A stretch of 64,000 bases of DNA. Source: an uncultured Clostridia bacterium. Its GTDB lineage: Bacteria; Bacillota; Clostridia; Christensenellales; UBA1242. The position numbers and the translations under genes are program-made. The stretch covers positions 16,779-80,778 of the forward strand of contig CALWFB010000002.1 of the NCBI GenBank assembly GCA_944377485.1. Direction: 5' to 3'. The notes beneath the pieces were generated by a model, which was not told where the DNA came from, searched no databases, and worked only from the letters and a program-made list of their open reading frames with translations. Positions 38,868-49,339 of this stretch are shown one piece after another (the first letter of the stretch is position 1; every line of letters starts with the position of its first letter).

Positions 38868-39647
38868 ATGTTGTATAACAAATATTTGAAAATGCATATT
38901 AAATCATCTCTTGAATACAAAGCCAACACAATATTCTTGGCGACAGCTCAAGTTCTGGTATTTGTGGCTGAAATCTTAGGAGTCTGGATGCTGTTTGAAA
39001 GATTTGATACAGTGGCAGGTTGGGGATTTTATGATTCACTATTAATGGTTGGAATTGTCATGACAACTTTTGCTTTCACAGAATGTTTTGCTCGTGGGTA
39101 CGATGAATTTCCAAATTTAATTAAATCCGGCTCATTAGATAGATTATTAGTTAGACCTGTAAATATTTATTATCAACTCTTTGGAGCAAAAATAGAATTT
39201 TCAAAATTTTTTAGAATCATTTTAGGTATTGTAATAAGTATTATTGCTATAATAAATATAAATGCAGATTGGAATGCTTTAAAAATTATCGTATTGATTG
39301 CCACTTATATGTGTGGCTGTGTAGTAATTTTCAGTTTAATGCTGATTGCTGCTGGTATTAGTGTCTACACTATTGAAAACTTAGAATTTGTAAATATAAT
39401 AACAAACGGAAGTAAAGAATTAGCATACTACCCCTTAAACATTTACAACAAGTGGCTAACAAGATTATTTACTTTTGTAATTCCTGTTGCATGTTTTAAT
39501 TATTTACCATTATCTTATATAATTGGTGTTGGCAATATACCACTTTGGCTGTGTGCTATTTCACCTTTTTTAGGAATTTTGTTTATTATACCATGTTTAA
39601 TCTTCTTCAACATTAGTTTGAAAAGATATCAGGGTACAGGAACATAG
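38868..39647 (+). CDS. ABC-2 family transporter permease (second subunit)
   Basis: 259 aa, about 6 TM helices. 1-nt gap after the previous gene. SD AGGAGG. Confidence 0.7.
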   Translation: MLYNKYLKMHIKSSLEYKANTIFLATAQVLVFVAEILGVWMLFERFDTVAGWGFYDSLLMVGIVMTTFAFTECFARGYDEFPNLIKSGSLDRLLVRPVNIYYQLFGAKIEFSKFFRIILGIVISIIAIININADWNALKIIVLIATYMCGCVVIFSLMLIAAGISVYTIENLEFVNIITNGSKELAYYPLNIYNKWLTRLFTFVIPVACFNYLPLSYIIGVGNIPLWLCAISPFLGILFIIPCLIFFNISLKRYQGTGT

Positions 39648-39663
39648 TTAAAAATAAATAAAA

Positions 39664-39688
39664 AGACACTTTAATAAAGTGCCTTTTT
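39664..39688. terminator. bidirectional terminator between convergent operons
   Basis: AAAAGACACTTTA-AT-AAAGTGCCTTTTTT hairpin with flanking A and T runs. Confidence 0.65.
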
Positions 39689-39690
39689 TA

Positions 39691-41745
39691 TTAAATTTTT
39701 TCTGCAACTTCCCAAGCTCTCCAAACCACAGTTCTCAAATTTCCAACCTTTAAAGCGTCTCCAACAATATGGACATGTTTGCTCGCCTTTGAAATAGGAG
39801 CTGGATTATAACCGACACAAGATATCACACTATCGACATTTTCTATATGTTCATTTCCGTCTTTGTCTATTATTGTTATAGAATTTTCTGTTATCTCTTT
39901 TACACTGCTTTCAAGATAAACAGGTACATTATTGTGTTTAAAATAATCTCTCAAATATGATGAATTTGCTAAACACAATCCTCGTACTGCCATCAAATCT
40001 TGTTTTGCTTCTATAATAACTGGTGTTTTCTTATTCAGACTTAATTCATAAGCAATTTCGCAGCCTGTTAAACCGCCGCCGATTATTGCAACACGTTTGC
40101 CAACCTCTTTTGTTTTATTCAAAAATTCGATTGCTTCAATAGCATTTTCAATTCCTTTAATATTCAATTTTTTCGCAACTGAACCAGTAGCAACCACAAT
40201 TTCATCAGCATCAAGTGTAGATATGTCTTTTATTTCAGTATTGTATTTTACTTCAATATTTAATTTATCAATCTGACGGCGATACCAGTCCAATAGTTTT
40301 CTATCCTGTCCTTTAAATGACATCGCACCAGCAGGAATAAATACCCCACCTAGTCTATCAGTTTTCTCATAAATTGTCACGTCATGTCCACGAAGTGTAG
40401 CAATTCTTGCAACTTCCATGCCGCCTACACCTCCACCAATGACTGCCACTTTCTTTTTCTTCTTTGCTGGCTTTATATCATATTTACCGCCGTCCATAGT
40501 CATAGGATTCAATGCACATCTAGACATATGTTTTGAATCTCCCATACTTTGGTCATTTGCGACACCTTTATAATGAGCCATGGTTAGACAAGCATTATGA
40601 CAATATATGCATGGTTGGATATCTTCCAATCTATCTTCCATCAATTTGGTCACCCAATGAGAATCCGTCAAGAACTGTCTAGCTACACCCATAGCATCGA
40701 TTTTACCATCCTTTATAGCCTTTGCCGCAATATCTGGCTCCATTTTGCCCGCACAAACAACAGGTATATCAACAAAGTTTTTGATATGAGATACATCGTC
40801 AAGATTGCAATTCTTTGGCATATAAAGAGGAGGATGAGCCCAATACCATGCATCGTATGTACCATTATCAGCATCAAGCATATCATAACCTGCATCTTGA
40901 AGATATTTAGCAGCAATTTCACTTTCTTGCATGTTTCTACCGATTTCAGTGAACTTTTCACCTGGTAGCGCACCTTCACAGAAATCACGAGTTTTACTAA
41001 CTACTGAATAACGTAAAGTGACAGGATAATCTTGTCCACATTCTGCCTTAATCGCTTTTACAATTTCCACTGGGAAACGATATCTATTTTCAAACGAACC
41101 ACCATACTCATCTGTTCTATGATTTGTATACTCCAAAGTAAACTGGTCCAATAAATATCCTTCATGCACAGCATGAATTTCAACACCATCCACTCCTGCT
41201 TCTTTCAAAAGTTTAGAAGTAAGAGCAAACGCTTTAATCATATCATTAATCTCTTTTTTAGTAATCTCTCTACATTCATAATCTTCTAGCCAGCGAGATG
41301 GCAACTTGCTAGGAGAAGCACATAAATATGGAAGATTAATTATAGGCTTCATAATTGTAGATAAAAATTTATTTTTCACAATAGGTGCCATAGAATTAGG
41401 AATAGAAAACGACCTGCCAAATCCTGCTGTTAATTGCACTATCATTTTAGCACCAGTTTTATGAAATTCTTCCATATAACTTTTTAATTGTTTGAACATG
41501 CTTTTCTTTTTATATAACCATTGTCCACCAATCAAGTTTTTGAGAGGTGCAATACCCGGGATAATTAGCCCAACATTATTTTTAGCCAAATCCATAAAGA
41601 AATCACATGCATCTTTATCAAGATGATGAGGTTCCATCCAACCAAATAATGATGTCCCTCCCATTGGACACAAAACAATTCTATTTTTGATTTCAAGATT
41701 ACCAATTTTCCATGGTGTAAATAATGCTTCATATTTCTTATCCAT
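39691..41745 (-). CDS. Old-Yellow-Enzyme-family NADH:flavin oxidoreductase fused to an FAD/NAD(P) domain (2-enoate / 2,4-dienoyl-CoA reductase-like)
   Basis: SD AAAGGAGA plus ATG 41745 (the track ORF is 31 codons longer). FTPWKIGNLEIKNRIVLCPMGG, HAVHEGYLLDQF, Cys cluster CIYCHNAC...C, GxGxxG VAVIGGGVGGME. Confidence 0.8.
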   Translation of the reverse strand: MDKKYEALFTPWKIGNLEIKNRIVLCPMGGTSLFGWMEPHHLDKDACDFFMDLAKNNVGLIIPGIAPLKNLIGGQWLYKKKSMFKQLKSYMEEFHKTGAKMIVQLTAGFGRSFSIPNSMAPIVKNKFLSTIMKPIINLPYLCASPSKLPSRWLEDYECREITKKEINDMIKAFALTSKLLKEAGVDGVEIHAVHEGYLLDQFTLEYTNHRTDEYGGSFENRYRFPVEIVKAIKAECGQDYPVTLRYSVVSKTRDFCEGALPGEKFTEIGRNMQESEIAAKYLQDAGYDMLDADNGTYDAWYWAHPPLYMPKNCNLDDVSHIKNFVDIPVVCAGKMEPDIAAKAIKDGKIDAMGVARQFLTDSHWVTKLMEDRLEDIQPCIYCHNACLTMAHYKGVANDQSMGDSKHMSRCALNPMTMDGGKYDIKPAKKKKKVAVIGGGVGGMEVARIATLRGHDVTIYEKTDRLGGVFIPAGAMSFKGQDRKLLDWYRRQIDKLNIEVKYNTEIKDISTLDADEIVVATGSVAKKLNIKGIENAIEAIEFLNKTKEVGKRVAIIGGGLTGCEIAYELSLNKKTPVIIEAKQDLMAVRGLCLANSSYLRDYFKHNNVPVYLESSVKEITENSITIIDKDGNEHIENVDSVISCVGYNPAPISKASKHVHIVGDALKVGNLRTVVWRAWEVAEKI

Positions 41746-41914
41746 AATATCTCCTTTGTTTATAAAAATGATAAAATATTTAAAATATTTTGTCAAATAA
41801 TTAATAAAATTAAATAATATTAATCGATAATATTTCATTATTCATTAATAAAATTAATATTTTTAATTTTTATATTTAATTTTAATAATAAACTTAAAAA
41901 ATAAATAAATTATA

Positions 41915-41948
41915 AAAAATGCTAAAATTTTGTTTTTTTAGCATTTTT
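41915..41948 (-). terminator. intrinsic terminator of ldh
   Basis: AAAAATGCTAAAA...TTTTAGCATTTTT hairpin followed by a T-run on the minus strand. Confidence 0.65.
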
Positions 41949-41979
41949 AATTACAATTATATAATAAAATATATTTATT

Positions 41980-42888
41980 TTAAATTTTTATTTGATTTAT
42001 TGTAGATTTTATTATTTTCAATGAATTGACGAATTCATCTAATTCTTCTTTTGGCATATTTAATTCAGTATAACCACGTACGCCATTGCGATTAATAATT
42101 ACTGGATAACCCACGCAACATTTAAATTTTTCAATATAAGTAGATGCCGTAAAGATAGTGTTTGCATTATCGAAAATTGCATCAGTAATATTTTTAAGGC
42201 ACATTCCAATCCCATATGCTGTATTACCTTTTTTATTTATAATCTCATAAGCACTATTTCTAACATCTTTCAAAATTTTATTTTTTTGAGTCTTGTTTAA
42301 GTATTTGTCAACACTATTTAATCCAATTCTACCAATGCTCCATGGAATCATTTCACTATCACCATGCTCTCCAATAACATATGCATGAATATTTTTAGGA
42401 TTGATATCTAATTGCTCACTGATTAAAAATCTCAATCTTGCAGTATCTAATGTTGTACCACTTCCTATCACTTTATACGCTGGAAAATTAGATAATTTCA
42501 TAGTTGCATAAGTCATTATGTCTAACGGATTAGTAGCAATCAAATATATCCCATTGAAATTAGTTTTGTTTATTTCTGAAATAATAGATTTGAACACGTC
42601 TAAATTCTTTTCAATCAAATCCATTCTCGTTTCGCCAATTTCTTGATTTCTCCCTGCGGATATGCAAACAATATCTGCATCTTCGCAATCGGAATAATCA
42701 CCTGCTTTTATGTTAATTTTTCTCTTTGAACAACTAGATGCATGCATCAAATCAAGCGCTTCACCCTGTGCCTTTTCTTTGTTTAAATCTATTAAAACTA
42801 ATTCGTCTACTTTGCTCTCTGAGTTAACTAAACTGAATGCATAACTCATACCAACATTTCCACAACCTATTAAAACAACTTTATTCAC
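41980..42888 (-). CDS. ldh: L-lactate dehydrogenase
   Basis: GTG start with SD AAGGAG. VVLIGCGNVGMSYAF, GEHGDS and the substrate-loop region. Confidence 0.9.
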   Translation of the reverse strand: MNKVVLIGCGNVGMSYAFSLVNSESKVDELVLIDLNKEKAQGEALDLMHASSCSKRKINIKAGDYSDCEDADIVCISAGRNQEIGETRMDLIEKNLDVFKSIISEINKTNFNGIYLIATNPLDIMTYATMKLSNFPAYKVIGSGTTLDTARLRFLISEQLDINPKNIHAYVIGEHGDSEMIPWSIGRIGLNSVDKYLNKTQKNKILKDVRNSAYEIINKKGNTAYGIGMCLKNITDAIFDNANTIFTASTYIEKFKCCVGYPVIINRNGVRGYTELNMPKEELDEFVNSLKIIKSTINQIKI

Positions 42889-42929
42889 TAATACTCCTTA
42901 TATCATTATCCAGAATTGTATTTTTTAAT

Positions 42930-43334
42930 TTATTTCTTTTTTAAATTTTTAAATAATAATACTGTAGCAACAATTAATAAAATAGTTGGAACCAATAGTA
43001 ATACAACAAATCCCAATGAATTTAACTGAAAATTTGCTAAAATCAAAAATGAAATAGGTAAAATCAAAGTTAAAATTGTTGCAATTAATAAAATAATTGT
43101 TCCACATTTATTAAATTTAAATGCAACTCCTGCTCCAATAATTGCCAACAAAATTACGAAAAAATTTGTTATCACTACTGAACTAAACCAACTCGGAACA
43201 GCTCCGCCAGCAACGGCAGTAAATGAAATGATTAATGAAGAAGCTACTAAGCAGACCAATGATAATAAAAACAAAAGTATACTTGCAACTATTGTTAATA
43301 CAAAACTTATAATTAATAATTTTTTCTTATTCAT
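42930..43334 (-). CDS. small membrane protein (4 predicted TM helices), function unknown
   Basis: 134-aa hydrophobic ORF with its own consensus promoter. Confidence 0.6.
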   Translation of the reverse strand: MNKKKLLIISFVLTIVASILLFLLSLVCLVASSLIISFTAVAGGAVPSWFSSVVITNFFVILLAIIGAGVAFKFNKCGTIILLIATILTLILPISFLILANFQLNSLGFVVLLLVPTILLIVATVLLFKNLKKK

Positions 43335-43341
43335 AATTAAT

Positions 43342-43369
43342 ATTATATCATAAAAATTCTTTTATACAA
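43342..43369 (-). promoter_or_regulatory. sigma-A promoter, leaderless geometry (42930-43334 gene)
   Basis: Minus strand TTGTAT, 16 nt, TGATATAAT, 7 nt, ATG 43334. No SD. Confidence 0.55.
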
Positions 43370-43403
43370 ATTAAATTTTTATATATTTTAAATAAATCTT
43401 AAA

Positions 43404-43940
43404 TTATGAGATTTGGTCACTTAGATATTTACTAAATGCTTTACAAATTTTTACACTGCTATCATCAAAGCATTTATTTTCCAATGCTAAAATAATTATC
43501 GCTCCAATAGCATCTCCATCTTTAACTATTGGCACAATCAACTGACAAGAAAATTCATTTTCAGTGTTTACAAAAAAATTCAACATAACACTTCCATCAT
43601 CTTTTTTCTTGATTACTATTTCTTTTTTGTAAATTAATTCTTGTACTTCTTCACTTAGTTCTTTGTTTATGTATTTCTTTTTGCTAGAAGACAAGATTTT
43701 TTCCATATCTGAAATCAATACATCATGTTCAATGCTAACAGATATAGCATTGGCGACTGCTTCGCTATATTCTTTCAATGAAACCATATCACTATATTTA
43801 GTGAGCAAAAATTTATTGCCATCTACTATTCCTATTTCTAATTTACTTCCCTCTCTAACGTTAAGCATCTTTCTCATTTCACGAGGAAGTACAATTCTTC
43901 CCAATTCGTCCACTCTTCTAACAATTCCTTTGCTTTCCAT
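43404..43940 (-). CDS. spoVT: stage V sporulation protein T (AbrB-family regulator)
   Basis: 178 aa. SpoVT/AbrB N-terminus GIVRRVDELGRIVLPREMRKMLNVREGSKLEI plus a GAF-like C-terminal domain. SD AGGAG. Confidence 0.85.
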   Translation of the reverse strand: MESKGIVRRVDELGRIVLPREMRKMLNVREGSKLEIGIVDGNKFLLTKYSDMVSLKEYSEAVANAISVSIEHDVLISDMEKILSSSKKKYINKELSEEVQELIYKKEIVIKKKDDGSVMLNFFVNTENEFSCQLIVPIVKDGDAIGAIIILALENKCFDDSSVKICKAFSKYLSDQIS

Positions 43941-44029
43941 AATTAAAAATACTCCTAATTTTAGTATGGAAAATAAATAAAATATTATTCAATGTTTATG
44001 GATTAAAATATTTTATCGATATTAATTCT

Positions 44030-44062
44030 TATAAAAAAATAAAAGGACTAAATCAGTCCTTT
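44030..44062 (-). terminator. intrinsic terminator ending the VirB6-like/VirB4 operon
   Basis: AGGACT-AAATC-AGTCCT hairpin followed on the minus strand by TTTTATTTTTTT. Confidence 0.7.
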
Positions 44063-44068
44063 ATTATT

Positions 44069-46816
44069 TTAAGATGTTCCTGCCTCACCCATAATCACTC
44101 GAACATTATCATAAGCAATAATATCAATAAATGAACGGTCCATAGGTCCAGTTATAAAGAATGCTCTGCCTCGTGGTGCTGTCACAATACCTTCTTGTTC
44201 ACGAGCGTTAATACCACCCGCAGATTTATACAATTCAAGCAAGTCTGCCATATCGTTTGGAGCAAGTTGCAATATCAAACTATACTGACAGGCATTAATA
44301 ATCGCTGCTGACCTACGTTGAATTTCAGGAGTTCCCAAGAAGTCTTTAATATTCTGAGTAATAACTATCTGCATACCTTGATATTTACGAATACGTTTAG
44401 CCATTTCAGCCATGAAATTCAAAGCCACAGGACTATCAGGGTCAATGAACATATGTGCTTCATCAACCGCAATAACTACTTGTCTTGCAATCTTTTTACC
44501 TGTACGTTGTTCATACTGTTCATTAAATCGTTTATTATTAATAATTTCATTATTCAAATATTTAAACACAAGCAACATTTGTGCATTTGCCAATCTATTA
44601 TTTTTACTAGCAAACAATGTTTGGAAATTGAATGTAATCAAATTTTCATCAGTCAAAATTGATGTTGGTCCATTCCACAAGTCAGAATTTCGTCCGCCTG
44701 TTGCAAATTTTTGAATATAAGTTTCAAGAATTAATAAATTGTTTCGATAGAAAGCATCTTTTACTGTTTTTAATTTATCTTTAATAAGTTTGAATAAATC
44801 ATCAAAAATTGGATAATCTTCTGCTTTTAATTTACCAATATTTGTCTTTTCGTTTATTCCTTTTTTGTTATATAATTCAACAACTAAGGTATTCAATGTT
44901 TCGAATGCATCTGAACTTATTCCTTCCAATATCGCACGGAAGAATTGTTCCAAGAATTGCAAGTGAGTAAAGAAAGTTTTGTTGCTACCTTTGTTCACCA
45001 ACTCATCAATACTTTTATCATCAACATCTCCACCATCATTTGCAGCATCCAAATCTTCTAGTGATGCCATGATATGGAACGGATTAAGAATACCCGATTT
45101 GTTAGTTCCAACGTCAATAACTTTTCCACCAAGATTAATAGTCATCTTATCATATTCTTGTTCAGGGTCTAGTATAAACATTTTCGTTCTATCTGCTGCC
45201 AAGTTTGTCAATATTGCCTTAGTTGCATATGATTTTCCCGAACCAGACTTACCGATAACCATCATATTACTATTAATACGACCTTTCTTTGAATCACGAG
45301 TAAAGAAATCGATAAACACAGGATAACCACTAGCCGTAGATTGACCTATACAGAAGCCTGCCGGGTCTTGCATGACTGAATCGACCATAGGAAATGATGA
45401 TGCAATAGTCGTTGACGGCATACTACGATAAAAATGTTTCAACGTATCAATTCTATTAACGCTTGATGATACAAATGCATCAACTTGTCTTCCGAACAAA
45501 TCTGAATATTTAAATCCGTATTGTTTTAATACATTCCTAACTTCTTTTCTATTTTCTTCTTCCACTCTTAAATGAATAGAAACATCATAAAGCTGCTCAT
45601 TATTAGTTTTTAAATCTCTTAATAATGTCTGCAATGAATCAATATCTGCTTCTTTTTCAATAATTTCACTAGAACGATACGTTCTATCAAGTTTTGCTTC
45701 TTTTTCCATTACAGCTCGGTCGATAGACTTTTCACCCTTTTCTTTATCGACTGGCATAATATTCATAATCACTCTTGTGCCTAACTGATTGAATATTGGA
45801 TATGCCCAACCATTTCCTACTTCAAGTGGATAATCAGTGATAACCATTTGTTTATACATCTTTTTATCCATTTCCACACGAGCCACTTTGAAATTGATTC
45901 TATCAGGCATAACCCAGTTGTTTACTTGACTAGGTGCTAACCCATCAATCTCAGATTCCGCATAAGTATCTTTATAATTTGATTTCAAGAAACTTATCAA
46001 ATCGTTTTCCATAAGTATAGAAGCACTGATTGTATATTGCCCTGTTCCCAAATCATTAATAATACCAATGGCTGTATCTTCCAAGTTTGTTTTATCTTGC
46101 CCATACAAAACCAAATAAAAGTGATTTTGCAAAATTGGTTCAGCTCTAATAGCATTGTTTAATCTTTCGACACGTTCTCTGAATATTAGCGAACGGCTGT
46201 CCATTTCACTCACCGTGTATTGACCTTGCTCATAAAGTTCATTTAACAAACTATACTTAATATCATCATTTTTCAAGAATATATCAAATCTCATAGGCTT
46301 TACGGTTTTAATCAAACTTGCACGTTGATAATTTGATATACGTTTTAAAGCTTTACTAAAAGTATATATAACTGCATCTTGTGCATCTTCCTGCATTAAA
46401 TCCAAGGCAACTGGTTGAATTTCAATTACAATACCCGCATAATCACCAAAGTTAATAAATTTACCAATTTCAATATTGAAGAAAGGAGTCAATTTTTCCA
46501 TTGGCGTAAGACCCTTTTTGTTAGAAATTGACGATTTGATATATTTTTTAGGAAAAGCTGCAAATCTAATAATCAAACCAATCGAACTATACAATCTTAA
46601 TCCATCATCTATTGGTAGATACATAACTACACTAATTGCCACCCAAGCAATCAATGCATACCAACGATAATCTACGCCATTGATTCTAAACAAATTACTA
46701 GCTATTATAACAATAGCAAAGGCAAGACAAATAATACCGAGAATAATATCTCCAAGAGTGATATTTTTTAAGAATTCAGTTTTTACCCTGGTCTTACCAG
46801 GAATATATCTAATCAT
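44069..46816 (-). CDS. virB4: type IV secretion ATPase, VirB4/TrsE/ConE family, with VirB3-like two-helix N-terminal extension
   Basis: 915 aa. Two N-terminal TM helices. Walker A MVIGKSGSGKSYATKA followed by FILDPEQEY...GGKVI. Walker B VVIAVDEAHMF. KYQGMQIVITQNIKDF. Confidence 0.85.
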   Translation of the reverse strand: MIRYIPGKTRVKTEFLKNITLGDIILGIICLAFAIVIIASNLFRINGVDYRWYALIAWVAISVVMYLPIDDGLRLYSSIGLIIRFAAFPKKYIKSSISNKKGLTPMEKLTPFFNIEIGKFINFGDYAGIVIEIQPVALDLMQEDAQDAVIYTFSKALKRISNYQRASLIKTVKPMRFDIFLKNDDIKYSLLNELYEQGQYTVSEMDSRSLIFRERVERLNNAIRAEPILQNHFYLVLYGQDKTNLEDTAIGIINDLGTGQYTISASILMENDLISFLKSNYKDTYAESEIDGLAPSQVNNWVMPDRINFKVARVEMDKKMYKQMVITDYPLEVGNGWAYPIFNQLGTRVIMNIMPVDKEKGEKSIDRAVMEKEAKLDRTYRSSEIIEKEADIDSLQTLLRDLKTNNEQLYDVSIHLRVEEENRKEVRNVLKQYGFKYSDLFGRQVDAFVSSSVNRIDTLKHFYRSMPSTTIASSFPMVDSVMQDPAGFCIGQSTASGYPVFIDFFTRDSKKGRINSNMMVIGKSGSGKSYATKAILTNLAADRTKMFILDPEQEYDKMTINLGGKVIDVGTNKSGILNPFHIMASLEDLDAANDGGDVDDKSIDELVNKGSNKTFFTHLQFLEQFFRAILEGISSDAFETLNTLVVELYNKKGINEKTNIGKLKAEDYPIFDDLFKLIKDKLKTVKDAFYRNNLLILETYIQKFATGGRNSDLWNGPTSILTDENLITFNFQTLFASKNNRLANAQMLLVFKYLNNEIINNKRFNEQYEQRTGKKIARQVVIAVDEAHMFIDPDSPVALNFMAEMAKRIRKYQGMQIVITQNIKDFLGTPEIQRRSAAIINACQYSLILQLAPNDMADLLELYKSAGGINAREQEGIVTAPRGRAFFITGPMDRSFIDIIAYDNVRVIMGEAGTS

Positions 46817-46828
46817 TTTACCCCTTCT

Positions 46829-49150
46829 TTATGATTTAACATTTGAGTTTTCTTTATCCTCTCGCACTTTCTTAGCTAAATCTTTATTAGATTCTTTAAT
46901 AGTTTTTACCAAATCTTTTTCAATACTATTTTTTACTTCAGCCATAGCATCTACAATTTCACCCATCTTCGCTGTTTCAATTATCGAATTTTTATTCAAT
47001 GCATCTTCTACACCTTTCTTGAAATTGTCTATACTTGTATTATCAATGGAGACATAATCTGTCTTATGTTCTTTCTGTGCTTTTTGCATTGCCTCAGCCA
47101 AAGCTTCTGCCATTGATTCAACATTTTGTTTTTGTGCTTGGAATTGTTCCACTGCTCTATTTTCAGCCTGTCTGTGAGCAACCAGACCTTTGGCTTCATT
47201 CCTAATTTGTTCTTCAACAGATGGTGGTAAAGTACCATTTGCTTTTTCATATTCCGCACTTCTTTGAGCAACGATTGAATCAACAGACAAATCGTTTCCT
47301 GAATACATCTCTCCGTTAGTCATTCTAGATTTCAAAGCTTCAAATTGTTCTGCTGACATACCCTCAACATCAAGTCCTCTCACTTTTAATGTATCCTGAC
47401 TTAACATCGCTGAATATTTAGCATTTTCACTATCAAATGACTTTCTAGCATCTAGTACACCCTTTGCAAGGTCTTTATCAGTTTTAAGGTCGTCTTTTGA
47501 TTTTCCGCCATTTACCTTAGCCAGTGTATCTTCTGCTTCATCGTATATACCTGCCTGTTTTGCTAGTTCATTAACTTCATCTGCTGAATATACACGAGTC
47601 TGTTTAATTTTTCTTCCCACTGCATCAGTGGTATATTTTTGTTTACCTTTTTCATCGTAATCATTGCCATAAGCCACGCCTTTATCATCTACATATAATT
47701 GATTTAATTCTCTCATGGCATGTTGCCTTTTACCCTCTGCCTCATTTGCTTTACTTCTAGATTGGTCTCTTGCTTCATTTACTGCTGATTGAATATCTAT
47801 TCCAAACATTGCATTATTTGCTCTTTGTAATAATCCACCGGTTCTATTACCCTTTTCGTCTTTCTTTCCTATTATACCGCCAACCATACTTCCACCAAGC
47901 GATTTAAAGAATGAACCTCCGCTTTTCTTTACAGCACTGGCTTTTGCAAATGCTCCTGCCGTCACTTTTGCAGCTTTATTAAGATGGTTTTGTCCATTTC
48001 TCATTCTTGTTTTAACTGAACCCATTAATCCAGCACCTGAACTATAAGCATTTTCTGCTCCAATTAATCCTGATATCATATCAATAAATTCTTTTACCAT
48101 ATATAAGCCTGCAATTACTAATAGTAATGGTGTTAATCCTATTACATCTAATGAAGAAGCTACTATTCCTGGTAAACTAATGCCTTGTATTATTGGAGTA
48201 ATAGCGAAGAACAGATTCATTCCTGCCACGGCTCCATATGCACTTATAGTCTGACTTAAAAACCTTTTTCTCCAATTACCAGCAGCTGCACCATCGTCTA
48301 TTGGATACATTGAACACATTATTGGACTGATAATAAATAATACAATCAATGTAAATAGACGTTTAACCATGCCGAAAGAAATTGCTCCTAATACATATAA
48401 AATAAATATTCCACCAACGCCTAAAATCAAATAGTTTATATTAAACAATGAATACCAATCATCTACCTTCCCCCAAGCTATAAATGGTGCCCCTGCACCA
48501 TAAGCTTGGTCAATACAATTGGCATAATATTCAGGGTCAGTTTGAGTAGTATCAACAACTATATCATATTCACTACAAAAACTTACTATTGCATCAACAC
48601 TAATATTTCCTTCTGCATCTGTTATACTATAATCTCCATTTCTAATTTTATTTGCGTTATAAGCGGAACAAACAAACAATTGCCGTGATATAGACATTGA
48701 ACCACCACTTGCAGTTGCTCCATTTACAGCTTGCAATACTATATTTCCAAGCCAAATACCTAATAGACAAGCCACAGGAATAATAACAAAATTCCCAATA
48801 CCTTTTATAGCTGAACCAACAATTTCTTTCCAAGATTTAGGTTTAGCGGCATAAACATTTCTAATAAAAGCCATAGTCAAGAAAATAAGTAATAATATAC
48901 ATGCCAAAGCCAGCATTGAAAAGAACATATTCATTACCACATCAGAAGTTAGCAAATAGTAAACAATACCCGTATCCGTCTCTGCACCAGTATTACCAGA
49001 TGTAATAGTTTCACCATTATATTCTATACTATCAACACCTGCAAATGCACCAAATATACCTTGCAAGACATCAATTGCTACAAATATAACACCAAACAAA
49101 GGGTAGAGTACAGTACCTAATGCTCCCAAAATTCCTTCCAATATTCCCAT
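46829..49150 (-). CDS. polytopic T4SS channel-like protein (VirB6/ConG/TcpH-like) with long charged C-terminal tail
   Basis: 773 aa. At least 6-7 hydrophobic helices in the first ~390 aa, then ~370 aa of K/E/A/Q-rich, probably coiled-coil sequence. 12-nt gap to virB4. SD AGGAG. Confidence 0.6.
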   Translation of the reverse strand: MGILEGILGALGTVLYPLFGVIFVAIDVLQGIFGAFAGVDSIEYNGETITSGNTGAETDTGIVYYLLTSDVVMNMFFSMLALACILLLIFLTMAFIRNVYAAKPKSWKEIVGSAIKGIGNFVIIPVACLLGIWLGNIVLQAVNGATASGGSMSISRQLFVCSAYNANKIRNGDYSITDAEGNISVDAIVSFCSEYDIVVDTTQTDPEYYANCIDQAYGAGAPFIAWGKVDDWYSLFNINYLILGVGGIFILYVLGAISFGMVKRLFTLIVLFIISPIMCSMYPIDDGAAAGNWRKRFLSQTISAYGAVAGMNLFFAITPIIQGISLPGIVASSLDVIGLTPLLLVIAGLYMVKEFIDMISGLIGAENAYSSGAGLMGSVKTRMRNGQNHLNKAAKVTAGAFAKASAVKKSGGSFFKSLGGSMVGGIIGKKDEKGNRTGGLLQRANNAMFGIDIQSAVNEARDQSRSKANEAEGKRQHAMRELNQLYVDDKGVAYGNDYDEKGKQKYTTDAVGRKIKQTRVYSADEVNELAKQAGIYDEAEDTLAKVNGGKSKDDLKTDKDLAKGVLDARKSFDSENAKYSAMLSQDTLKVRGLDVEGMSAEQFEALKSRMTNGEMYSGNDLSVDSIVAQRSAEYEKANGTLPPSVEEQIRNEAKGLVAHRQAENRAVEQFQAQKQNVESMAEALAEAMQKAQKEHKTDYVSIDNTSIDNFKKGVEDALNKNSIIETAKMGEIVDAMAEVKNSIEKDLVKTIKESNKDLAKKVREDKENSNVKS

Positions 49151-49180
49151 TTGCCACTCCTAACAAATAAATTTATAAAT

Positions 49181-49209
49181 ATTATATACTAAAATAACAA
49201 ATTAATCAA
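49181..49209 (-). promoter_or_regulatory. sigma-A promoter of the VirB6-like/VirB4 operon
   Basis: Minus strand TTGATT, 17 nt, TATAAT. About 30-nt leader with the SD. Confidence 0.6.
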
Positions 49210-49339
49210 ATAAAACATACAAAAAATTCATTTTTAAGACATAAATTTTAATAGGAAAAAATAAAAACAATTTAAAAACCATCAATAAAATAAGTATTTA
49301 AAATTGTTTTTATAATTTAATTATCATTATATTTTAACT